Below are positions 38,101-49,806 of a DNA stretch of 64,000 nt, piece after piece. Position 1 is the first letter of the stretch; every line of letters begins with the position of its first letter. The DNA is taken from positions 5,208,001-5,272,000 of the forward strand of contig CM120640.1 of assembly GCA_051362555.1 (NCBI GenBank), read 5' to 3'. Made by a program: the position numbers and the translations under genes. The notes under the pieces are model-generated. The model was given only the letters and a program-made list of their open reading frames with translations. It searched no databases and was not told where the DNA came from. The stretch comes from Lingula anatina. Taxonomy: Eukaryota > Animalia > Brachiopoda.

Positions 38101-41100
38101 TCCAAGGGTATATTTGAAATCTACACATATGACTTTTGGAAAGCCGTCTATAGAAATTTTTCCCATAACTCCTTCCGTAGGGTAGATAATAAGCATTTAA
38201 TTTTGCCATTTTTAGACAAGGGTGCATTGCAATGAGTGCCACACCCAGACCCCAATACCCACAAAGCCCAAATTTTACGTGGAACGAGTTGAGATTATAG
38301 GTGACCTAAATCCATGAGATGGGTACGGGGGCCCTTACTGTCTAGGAGGAGAAGCGGTAACGGTAGCCGTCCGGCGGAGCCGGCGGAACGATCCGGACGG
38401 GACCGAAACCATGTGTACCGCCAGCGCTAACGCTGGTGGTACAATTACTCCTTACTCCATTGCACTAAGGTCCATGTCAACCTCTTCCCCAGTCATGAGA
38501 GGAATCTTCTTTTTCTTGTTCCTATCAAAATAATGTAGAATAACCAACTTAAAAATATTATTATGATAATAACATTAATACAGAATCTGCTATCCGTACA
38601 AAATGTTCAGCATACACTCTAGTTAGTAAAAATTCAAAGGAACATCCAAACAGTGTAATAAAAATTATAAGTGACTAAATAAATGCAGTAAAATCAAAAT
38701 CAAATTTGGTACATCTTTTTAAATGATCATTACGACCAGGATTTTTAGTAAGTCACCAAATTCTTCATATATAACAAGTCTGAGACATTAAGATGCTACT
38801 TAAATTATGGCAAATGTACTATATCTTTTTACAAATTTACAGCTCTATATGGTTTTTGGCTGGAAGATATACAAGGTATTGCTTCTCTATAACTCTATAA
38901 GTCAAGCAGTGTCATTATTAATTAGTTAATTAATTTATTAATATGCTAGCACATTGGCTGAATTTTTTCATGATTTAAAAAAATTGCCTATAGCAACCAA
39001 CTGGGATAATTATGAATTGTGTTAAATTCTCATTTATAAAATATATTTCCCATATTAATTATATACCAACTCAAGTGCTATCAAAAATGTTTCCTTAAAA
39101 AACTAATTGCATACTAAGTAACTGTCAAACAGGAAAAGTGAAATCAGAACTCCCCAAATAATTGGTAGCATTTACATAGAACAAGTAACAATAAGCATGT
39201 TATTTAAACAAACAATAAGACAATTGTTTTCATGAATTCGTAGTTTATAAAATAAACATCCTCACTCAAAGTGACTCCTTTTCTTCCGCACATCATAGTA
39301 TTTTCTGCAAAGTTTGTGTAGTAAAACAAAGCTTGGTCACTGTGCTTTTTAGTCTTTTTTACTCACTAAAACATGGGTTAGACAGCCCGCCCCCCTCCCC
39401 AAGGTCTTTTAACCTCATATCTTCTTGGTGATGACTTATCAACTTGACTGTCTTAGCACTGAGAAACACTTTGAGATGAGAAATATTTTAAGTTACTCCC
39501 AAATGACTACCTAGCTACCCAGAATAAAAAGAGTAAACTTAACCAATTATGGCCTAAATAGACACGTTATCATTCCTAAGTATATGCAAATACAAAGATA
39601 TTTGATTAGAGAGTCATTCCTGGTGAACCAAGCCTACACACCTCCTGCTCTTTGAATGGCAAGTTATCTCAAACTTAGTTTTGTTTTCCTCTATTTTGAA
39701 TGTGTGGTTAAAGGATCCATCCAACTCCTGTATGGTCATGGTCAGTGGGCCCTAGAACAGAAGTCAAGAAATAAATCACCCACCACAGCAACTGATTCCA
39801 CCACCTACGTCATAACAACATAAACACCCTCAATAAATCTTGGACAAGTTAAGGACAATACATTTATTGAAACAATTATATATTGGTCTGTTCATGACGA
39901 GTTTCACATTTCCAAACTGCTTGGTTAAAAATAAATACTTCTTCTACTAAGAACTGAATATAATAGCAGTAAGTAATCAGATCCCCATCATGACAACCGA
40001 CATGTCATCCTACCCCAGCAATGACAAGATAAATACTCACAGCAGTTTACCCCAACAAAGCAGGTCAAAAACATGCTGGCTTTAAAAATAAACCCCTTTC
40101 TTTAAATCCTGCCCACAAACTTGTTTTGAAGATTAAGTACACAAGCACTACAATGCACACTGCTTTTGGTTTGTTTTCACAGTACAAATGTTTCCACAGT
40201 GTCAATTTATAATTTCGTAATTTAAAAAGAATACTTACCACATACTTCATAGCCCCCTTTGCATTCATATCCTGTTTCAACTCTAACTCAACAACATTTC
40301 TTTTACGATTAAATACAAAATTGCCAAAGAATCTTGCACAGCCACTCTGACGTCTGCTAAGAGTTAAGGTCTCTTTCACAGTTTATAACTGACAACAATT
40401 TTAAATGTTCTGGAAACTTATCAATAATATACATTGTATGTCATTTTTGAGTACAACAGACTATTTTTTCATCCACTTAATCACTAAAAGTTATTCACTC
40501 AAGATAAGAGAAACCATCAACAAACATAAAGAAAAGTGTCTTATATTTCATTACAGTTCACTGTACTTCACTCAATTTCCTTCTGAAAGGATACACCCAC
40601 TGATCCAAAAAGACATTGATATCTTTTCCAGTAACTGTAGACTTGATTTTCAAGAACTGAAACATTAATTAGTGACTATAAAAATACAAAACTTCGTTTT
40701 ACTGCTAAACATTTAGGATAATACAGTCATATATTACCATGCTATACCAATTTTTTATACATAATATTCACTTTTAAAAACTAGTTCGAACTTTTCATAC
40801 TTTAAACATGCTTGAAGTTAATGTATGCCGAACATCTGAATATGAAGGTTATTGACATCAGGCCTACCCAACTACCAGACTCGGCACCTAAGGATCCTGA
40901 ATTAACCGGTATATCGGACCACGCTACCCGTTTTCAAGGTGTGTGTCAGATCGCATTTCGGAGTATCATATCCCAGAACAAATTTTGTAGCACAACTGCG
41001 GGCTCATCCACGCTCGGCTGAACAACCTTAAACTGTACTCTTACTTTAGAGTACTCTATTTTATTGTCTCCATGGGGATATATGGGGACTTTACGACATT

Positions 41101-44100
41101 CGGTCTGAATGTTTTAACCACTTTTGATAGGGCTTTTTTGCATTGTATTAGATTAATGTGGCAGTTTAAGGTTCATCTAGGTGGCTTTCAAATTTATCCA
41201 CCCGGTTTTAAAATCATATAGCGATTTTACGACAATCGTTTACTATCCAATCAAGGTGACAGCCGAGCATGCCAGGGCTCATCCTGTCGGTGTTCTGGCT
41301 GATACTCCGAAATGCAATCTGACACACACCTTGAAAACGGGTAGTGTGGTCCGATATACCGGTTAATTCAGGATCCTCAGGTGCCGAGTCTGGTAGTTGG
41401 GTAGGCCTGGACATTTATACTGAAAGTAAAGACTTACAGAAGTCATTGAAAGTAACATATTTCCCCAGATGTTAAAATTGGGTTGAAACTTTTGTTGAGA
41501 GGCTTGAATGGCCAATGACAGCAACTTGTTCAGAGTCTGCAAATAAAACATTCGATTAATATAAAAAATCAAGTCTTTAAACAAATCATAATGAAAATTT
41601 AAGATTTACTCACAGTGGTAGGATTAAAACAGTCTAAAATGTTTAAGTATTAAAGCTAGTTTTAATAACAGCAGATATTAAAAAGGCCAATATATGCAAA
41701 TTCTTGAAAATAATAAGTTAGATTTAATTGATCCAATGTTTAGATGACAAATGAATATCAGAAGAAAAACAGAATAACAAATCTTCTTGGCATCACCCAT
41801 AATTTTCGAACCAATTTCCTTACCAACATTATCCTGCTCTAAACTCATTACAATACTCAACAATTATACACTCCAATGACACCTTCTTTCAGTTAAGCAA
41901 CTTATTGTTACATGCATTTTCACATCCCATAAAAACACTGAGCAAGGTAAACAATGGAATTTGTCAAACAAGAAGGAAGGGCTCTTTGAAAAGAAAATGG
42001 CAGAATGAAGAGAGCAATTTCTTATGAGAGATCAATTTCTTTTAATAAAATTCTTTGAGGTTTTAATATCAGTCTGTATGTTAGATATCTAAATGTATAA
42101 GTGTTCACCTGTAAGAGCAGTTCTCTTCCTATTCTAATTTCCAGCATGCGTATAACCAGCATGGCTTTCCTCTCAAACATAGCCTGGTACCGTGGGGACA
42201 CTGTGTGGGGGTGGTTCACAGGGAAATATAACTTAGCTGTGCTGTTTTCCTGAGCTGAAGGATCCAAGACAATCCCTGCCACCTGCTGCTCATACTCCTG
42301 AACACACTTCAGCTCCTGAAAATATAAAGCTTCAAGTGTGGACTTTCAGACAAAAAAGAGGGAAATATCTTAAGAATATCTTCAGAATAAATAATATATA
42401 ATCAGTTATAAATATTATTTAATTATGTACAAGTAGTGTATGCGTAACAAAACTTTGTATGAGAAAACTGGTGTGATTTCAATGTTATGCTTCTAGAATA
42501 AGTATTCTTTGACAATTTTTCTTTTCAAACATTTTCAAACATTTTTCATGCTTTAGGAATCTGATCACATACTAGTACAGATTATAACCTTGAATATGTC
42601 TCATTCAAGGCTAGATGATTAAAAAAGTTTTGTCTATGGCACAGTTAGTTAAACAGTTGTTTTGTTGAGTTTGCGCATCAAAAATAACTGAAGTCAAAAC
42701 ATTTCTGCCATACAAAAATACAATCAAACTTCCACTAAGGTTAAAAACATACTCTAAATCAGAACCTAAAATACACATTGGGCGACAAAGGACAAATTAA
42801 CCCTTACAACATTTCTCTCATAAGATTACTAATGGAACTAGCAACAGGATCTTCCATAATGCACTTCATATTATTGATAACTTTAATTAATTCTTTAATT
42901 CTCAAAGTCATAGAAAGGAGCAAGATCACTGTAAAAACCCACCACATCTAATGAAACAATGCTACACAGTATTGGTGGTCTCACAAATGGTGGTCCCAGG
43001 TCTCACGTACTAGTAAATGTCTCCCTGCATGCAATGGGGACAAACCCATGCTGTGACAGTCAAATATACACCACCATGCACTAATGTGTGACATGTTTTA
43101 ACAGTAGCATAGCTCTGCCACCTTTTGTAGTCTCAATTATAAGGGAAATGCACTTTATCTAATTGCTTTTATGTCATATTGATCATTCTGACAATATGAT
43201 TGAGCTGATGTATGAAAACGTTCCTAATCTCAGCAGTGGTAAAGTCTATGTGATTGTTCCCATCAACAACCCATCAATCAACATGCAGTTGTTAATGCTT
43301 TGATTTTTTATCTTGATTGTTAAAAATAATTTTGCCACACACAGTGTCATTTTGTTCAGTGAATCTCTGTGATCAGATTTATGGTGGTGGTGTTACAGTA
43401 TTTTGTGAACCATTTATTTGCTTTTTTATGGTTACGAAACTATGACATGTGCATGCACCCACCACGTGACAAAAACAATCTAAGTGCATAGATGATTATG
43501 TGGAGTGTGAGTGTCATGTAACATTGTGTTTGATGTGACATTAAAGGCTGTGCTACAAGCAATCACATGCTTGGAACAACATACTATAAACTTGTTCTAT
43601 TTTAATAGACTTAAAAGTATTAAGTCAATGTACAATCAATATACCTTAAAGCAAGACACATGAATAAACAATAAAATATATTGTAGTGACATAAAATTAC
43701 AACAATTTCAGATACATGTAACAGCCCCAAAGTGCAAGTGAAGTTAATGAATGTTTTTGATTTACCTTTGCTATGTAATGTCTGTACTCATTGTTTCCAA
43801 ATGCTTTCTTGATGTAAAGACTAGTCAAGTAGCCAGCTATTCCTTTTGGTAACCACTCATCATACCTGAAAAACAAATTGGATGTTGATCAGATAGAATC
43901 CCTGCAAAAACTTGCCGTATAGTTGATTCAAATTCAGCCCAACTGAAAATTAATTAATATCATTAAATATAAATAAAGAATAATTTGGCCTTAATTACCA
44001 ATCATGCTAAACAATCACAAAATTTCTTAAATTGTCAAAATATTTGTACTTATTTCACTAATACATAAACACTAAAACATGGCAAAAATGTGCATCTCTA

Positions 44101-44328
44101 CAGACACCTGTCTTTAATTGCAAGTAATGTGCAGTTTGGTATTTTATCATGCTGTCAAATATACTGCGTTGCAATTTTTTTGTCAGAATGACTTACCAAG
44201 ATTCCATGGCTATAAAACAGCCAAAAAACTGCTGAGCAATGGCGCCTGCCATGAGTGTTCTAGACACTGGAGTCTGGTCAATGATTCTGGCTGAGTGGAG
44301 GAGGTTGGTGCTGGAAATAGTACAAGCA

Positions 44329-44399
<71 letters not shown>

Positions 44400-47300
44400 A
44401 AACACAAAAGAAATAGTGACACAATAAATACACTTAGTCATGGCTGTCATTCTACTATTAGCTAAATTTTATCCAAGCTGTTTAATCAAAAGAAATCAAG
44501 AGCATGTGAAATATTTATGAATAAAGTTTTAACAAAGATGTACCAATGCACAGGATTTTTGGTATTACAGCTTCTCTTACTCTTTACATCAAATGTATGT
44601 GTTATAAAGTCCATGTACATGACAGTATATCTTTTATCTCACCTGAATATTGTCAAAGTAGCATAGGGAGAAGCCTCAGCATAGGCCTGGTCCACAAACA
44701 CCTGCTTGTAGCACGAGTATGGGTACCTGATTGACATCAGTTCTTCATAGAATTCAAATGCCTGGAATATATGAAATATGCCTTAAAGATATAAAGTATA
44801 CCTATGAAAATGTCCCAAAGTCATATTTTCTATGTCTACCCAGTACATATCCTGCAAAGTTATTTCAGATCAGACACTTAGAATGAAATAATAATATTGG
44901 TATAAAACATTAAATAGGGACAAGTGTAGGGACCAGTCTAGCAATGATTCTTGAGTTAGAGAAAACTGTTTTTTTTTCTCAAGAAAAACTTAATGTTAAA
45001 AAAAATCAGATATGATACTTTAACTGTTTATTAAATCTTCACTGCCTATTAGTCCTACATTACCTCATGTAGATAAGCTGTAGAATGTTTGAGAATTGGC
45101 ATAAGATGTGGCAGACAGAAGTGGGTCACTTCATGCATGTTGGGGTCCATCAGAATTTCAAATGGTCTGAAAAATTGAATTACTTCATAATTATTTCATT
45201 TTATTAGTATAAATCATACTACAAATTATCACAAGTAATGTGCAATTTTGTTTCAAATGCCATCTTCAACAAGCTGACTCAAAATGTCATCCATGGCATT
45301 TTCAATAAAAAAAAATATATAGAATAGAGTTAAATTCTTTAGGGAGTTTTAAGTAGAATCAACCTCAAAATAATATGTTCAGTTTTTGCTAATTTTCCTA
45401 ACCTACACATGGCTGACATTTTTCTAAAAAAAATACATCTGAAGCAAATAAAATGCAGCCTATTCAAGTAATATTGGCAATGCACTATTCTTTATAAAAA
45501 AACAAACAGATCAATTATCCCAGTACAGAATATGCTTCACTCACCCTACAGCCAGAGCAATATTTGGTGCTGCAGTAGGTGTGGAGAGGAAATAATGGAA
45601 TGTTTTCTTCTTCATGTCTGGTGTGTATACAGTTTCCACCAGATCCCCACATGATACTGCAGTCATGTTGACATCCACAGTGAACTCCAGCTTCCAGGTA
45701 CATGGCTCAGAGTAGCTGTCGATGCATGGGAACCATAACCTGGCAAAACAATAGGGGTGCCCTGTTATCATAAAATTTTCAGATATATTAATTATTATAA
45801 TAATATGGGGATTCTGATCAGCAATTTGAAGCAGTGATAAAGTTTATACTACAGACTTTTACAGTAATAACAGGGACGGACCCAGAGATATTTTCTGAGT
45901 CTTCCAAATTATCCTTGTTGATCCATCCTCCATTTTTGACCGTCTTCTGACAGAAAAAATTAGATACCCGTCAACGCAAACTTGAAAATCTGACCGTCTT
46001 GTGGAAGACCCAGAAGACAGCCTAAATCCACCCCTAAATAAGATGTGGCTGTCTCACCACCACTAAGATACTAATTGTTTTCATGTGAAATAAATATACA
46101 GGGCAAAGTGTGTAAATTACACAAAAGTCCACCTTTCAAAACAAAAAAAGAACAAAGACTGAAGACACAGCACTCTATGGGGTGGGGTGGGGCATAAATA
46201 CAAATTCGAAATAACTGGATTGCCAGATAAATCCAGCAGATTTCCATCTCTAAATACACTACCTTGAGGAGTCCTCACAGCCATATGTGAACAAATGTGC
46301 CCCTCTATCTGCCATAGACTGATTGCTGTCTGTCTCAGGGACTACAAACTTGATGCCACCTAGGGGGGTCTCCAAGGAAAACTCTATACTGACTCGCAAT
46401 GGCTTCAATTCTACAAAGGATGAAAACAAGATGTTTGTATTAGTATGAACCAACAAATATGGTGTGCAAATGTTCTTTTGTAATGTTTTTAATAAAAACT
46501 GTGAAATTTTAAGAAGGAATGCTGATCTTTATATCAAATCCTACAATTATTGTATATTAAATTGATTCACATAATTTAAAGATGCATACAAAGTCAATTT
46601 TTGGTCACAAAAACCAACCAAATGCCAGCATATAGTTTAAAGTAGTATAACTAAGATAATTACCAAAAGGCATTGTTTAATTTTACCCGAAAATGATGTT
46701 TGAACGGATTTTTCTGCTGGCATTCTAAGCTGTATGTCAATGGGGCAGGAAAGTAGGTCACGAAAGTAGGTTAAATTTACAACCAAAAATTAAAAGAAAG
46801 GAGCAGTCTAAAGGTCTTTTATGGCTGATCGAGTGATCTATTCAGTTTATCCCTTGGCATGTCGAATTTATTTAAGTCATATAAGAATCTAGTAGAAGTG
46901 GTTTACATGTGTTACTGGGAATCCACGCTCCACCGATGCTCGGTTCGTATGTACCTTTAAGAATGAAACAAAAAGAGAAGAAAAAGTCCCTGAATGGGCC
47001 ATAATGAGTGGCACGCTTATTTTTTTATCCTATTTTTCCTGAAAAAGGAAAACAAAACAGTTTATTCTTCACTTTCAGTTTTGTTAATTTTTAAATTAAG
47101 GAAGATAAACATGTTTTAAATATGGTGACCTATTACCTACCTGATACCAGTGGGAATGCCTCAAAAGGCACCCTGATTGTAACCTCTCCATTGGCACAGT
47201 CCGGATCCACTGCTGCAGTAGCCGAGGCATGGCAACTCTCAAAAAAGTCTAAGTTTCTCCTGAACAAAAGAAAAATTAAATTTAAAACAATCCCACAATA

Positions 47301-49334
47301 TCAGACTAAAAATGCAAGGTCAGAAAACGCATCATTTAATCTTTGTAGATCATCATACTTTGGGATAAAAAATGTTTCTAACCAATGATATCATTCAAAT
47401 CCCATATCATTGTTATCTTTTTTAAGTTATTAATAATTACACAAATTTATTTCTTATTAAAGCACAACTAGTATTTGCCAAAAAGTTCATGCTTCAAGAT
47501 GAAAGCAGCTGTACACCAATGCATTGAGAAGAAGAAAACCTACTGTTTGACATCCCCCTGGCAGATTTCCAGTGTAGGATCATTGTACAGGAATGGGGCT
47601 TCCCACTGGTCTTGAAAACATACTCTGTATATCCTTGAACATGGTTAAGGTGAATAATTCATCAAAGAGAGAAAAATGACTGCTATATTTAATGGAGTAA
47701 ATAAATAAATGATAATCACTGTATCTGTCTGCAAGTCAATAATTTTTGAGTGTAATTTATTACAATCTTGATCCAATTTTTTGTCTTTCTGCAACAATAT
47801 CAATGTAACAGTAGTTTCATTGTATATTCATTTCTTAGTCACATATTTATTTAATTATGACTATGCTTTAGAGGTCATCCTTAACCACCTAGCATAAATA
47901 GCATAAATATTCCAGCTGTCTGGAAGGATATTTCCTTGTTTGCAATTTATCTTGATTCTTCTAAGATCTTGCCTCAGAGGATAGATGACCAATTCAACAT
48001 AACCCTAGAAATATTAAACAAAGACAAAAATCTAATATATTCTTTTATCAAACATACATTAAGTATTAATCAAATGGTTTAAAGCATTAATTTATGTGCC
48101 ATCTATTTAAAAACAACATGGCTATACAAGTAAGAGTTTGAAAACATGTTTCAACTGACAAATGGGGTCATGTGGCAGATGGAAAATGTTTATTCTTACA
48201 TGACTCTCTGGTCATGCAATAATGACTAAGGAGAGGAGAATTGAGATATTTACTAAGACTGATGTAATCTGTTATACTTACAATAAGCGACTGCAGCCGG
48301 AAATTAAATCCTGTTATACAGAGAACTTGATGAGCTGAAATGAAGAAAATTAATGTATTTCTGATCATGGCAAAATAATTTTGAAAAATCCTCTGCAATG
48401 TTTATTGTGTAAGAACAGTAGCATAATGTGTAATATAATCTTACTCACTCTGATGGTACACTTATCTGTTCAGAATAGTTTTTCTTGGTGTGTGTATGTA
48501 TGTGTATAATACAGTCTTTATGTTTTCAATCTGCTTGAAGCTGATGAATAAACATACCCTATTCAAAACCTGTAGCTATATTTGCCAGTGCTATAAAGTC
48601 AATATTTCAAAGCATCTATGCCAGTAGAATTCATAACCTTGTCTGTTATATCAAAGATGTCGAACTTTCATTCTTGGTTGTAACTAAATTTACATTAAGA
48701 GTGCAATCAGAACAGTGGACTTACAGATCCACAGATCAAATATGGCAACCCACTAAAAACCTTGCTGCTTAATTAGACACTAAACAGATTCCCCATGGGA
48801 ATTTCTGAGCCACAGATCTGTTAGTCTACTGTTCTAAATGCGCTCTAATACTGCTACATGTACTACTATACAAGTGTACTAAATTTGTATTCAACAGACT
48901 TGCTCTTCAGTCATTTTGATGAGTGAACGGATCTTTGCAAATCTACAGGCTTTTGTTGTCTACTACCTCAGTTTTCAACCGCACATGTTAGTTACTTAGT
49001 TACCACAGATTAGTACCTAACACATATCAGGTACAAAACTTGTCTTGGGACAAATAAATTTGTTCCTAAGGACAGAAGTGCACAGCAGGTCTAAGGCAGA
49101 AAGACAGTGAAAAGAGTAGAAATGCCAAAGTACTTAATGGGGCTTAATTATGAAAGCATGTGTTCCTCTTAGGCCCTGATCCATGCATACTCTGTGGATA
49201 ATTATAAGACAAATGTTAAAATGCTGCAGTAACTGTTTCAGTGCAGTTAGGTGTGCAAGATTCATTAAGTTCATGTTTCAATTACCCAGTTTATATGGCC
49301 TCTGTGTATCTGCTCGCTTGCCTTCCTTCTTCAT
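29113..49334 (-). CDS. TAF2: Transcription initiation factor TFIID subunit 2 (TAF2), complete, about 30 coding exons
   Basis: Starts [23 protein letters not shown] (49334-49286, 48334-48282). Exons include 48004-47932, 47634-47544, 47259-47141, 46410-46263, 45739-45545 ([23 protein letters not shown]), 45166-45064, 44761-44643, 44310-44197, 43865-43766, 42315-42109, 41536-41438, 40656-40595, 40353-40239 ([11 protein letters not shown]), 39751-39642, 38521-38456, 35873-35741 ([26 protein letters not shown]), 35443-35324, 35113-34973, 34828-34718, 34514-34429, 33999-33883, 33753-33614, 33405-33336, 32930-32823, 32382-32283, 31836-31756, 31318-31100, 30549-30409, 29953-29797 and 29438-29113, the last with the typical [14 protein letters not shown] tail. 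Confidence 0.96.
34107..34355. mobile_element. More diverged relative of the 3133-3347 MITE
   Basis: Starts TTAGACTGCGTTCCCATA, shares CTAACTC..GCTAAA and GACATTTAAGCC blocks, and ends ATGGGTACGCTACAGTAA. Confidence 0.5.
35573..35653. repeat. Perfect 37-bp inverted repeat with a 7-nt loop in a TAF2 intron
   Basis: TTGTTTGAGATACAGCAGTCTTCTTAGTAAGCAGTTT-GGATTTT-AAACTGCTTACTAAGAAGACTGCTGTATCTCAAACAA. Confidence 0.95.
36136..38447 (-). mobile_element. Non-autonomous Helentron/HINE-like element, copy 2 (in a TAF2 intron)
   Basis: Same termini (AAACTAGAGGATCAGAGAGGCG...GCTGGTGGTACAATTA on +) and near-identical unique region to copy 1, with a shorter array. Confidence 0.88.
36343..37472. repeat. 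146-bp tandem array, about 8 units, inside HINE copy 2
   Basis: GTAGGTC anchor at 36343, 36487, 36632, 36778, 36924, 37070, 37216 and 37362. Confidence 0.97.
40354..40594 (-). other. U12-type GT-AG intron of TAF2
   Basis: 5'ss GTATCCTTT; branch CCTTAAC followed by TCTTAGCAG. Splicing gives [12 protein letters not shown]. Confidence 0.9.
40859..41409. mobile_element. MITE with 110-bp TIRs and 5-bp TSD (hAT5-like)
   Basis: Left arm 40859-40968 (CAGGCCTACCCAACTACCAGACTCGGCACC...) is the reverse complement of 41300-41409 with about 3 mismatches. GACAT flanks both sides. Confidence 0.9.
44332..44397. repeat. (AT)n microsatellite
   Basis: Direct inspection; about 20 nt from a TAF2 3' splice site. 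Confidence 0.98.
45871..46036. mobile_element. CAGGGGCGGAT-type MITE, copy 2 (5-bp TSD AATAA)
   Basis: CAGGGACGGAC ... ATCCACCCCTA flanked by AATAA. Homologous to 22597-22745. Confidence 0.7.
46580..46956. mobile_element. Possible old Kolobok-like MITE
   Basis: TTAA|AGATGCATAC ... GTATGTACCT|TTAA (imperfect 10-bp TIR, TTAA TSD). Only one copy in the window. Confidence 0.45.
47635..47931 (-). other. U12-type (minor spliceosome) intron of TAF2 with AT-AA termini
   Basis: 5'ss ATATCCTT, branch site TTCACCTTAAC, 3' end CATGTTCAA|GG. Splicing gives KQG-R-IYRV, collinear with TAF2. Confidence 0.8.
48698..48846. mobile_element. Degenerate MITE with TIRs of about 32 bp
   Basis: AGAGTGCAATCAGAACAGTGGACTTACAGATC ... 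GATCTGTTAGTCTACTGTTCTAAATGCGCTCT (imperfect inverted repeat). Confidence 0.6.
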
Positions 49335-49806
49335 AATTGCTTGCAATTCTGTTTTCTGTCACATCAAAAATGGTCTGGACTTTGTAAAATAGCCTTCTCG
49401 CTAATTATTCATTGCTTTTCACCTGCAGAGTGGACCTCTGCCGCTCTTAGCGGATTCAACATGTTTTCGGTATGCCTAATAGTCTATTAGTTTCGAATAA
49501 ATTATATCCCTATTGTGTTTCTGTTTCATCCCAACTAACAATATTTGTCAAGAAAAAATTCTGTGTATTCTGTGATTTACTTTTAAAAATGGCTAATTTT
49601 GTACAAATAAGAAATATAAAATGGACATGCATTTCTACGAATCTTTTATCATAAAATTGTTGAGCTCTACTTCGAGAGGCCCATCTGACAACTCACCAAC
49701 TTACGGGCCGGAATTTTACCTCAAAAGTGCGTTAATTGACTGGAATATATCATTCAAGATCAAAGATTCATATTCGTAGGTACAAGAATATAGGGCTTTC
49801 GCAGTC
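49335..49806. promoter_or_regulatory. Shared head-to-head (bidirectional) promoter region of TAF2 and ARFGAP1
   Basis: The start codons diverge only 472 bp apart, and the region locally contains CpGs. Confidence 0.7.

Noticed and set aside
40812-41414. Similar peptides on opposite strands ([19 protein letters not shown]) suggesting duplicated genes
   Set aside because: They are translations of the two arms of the MITE inverted repeat. The same applies to the ORFs at 55310-55655.
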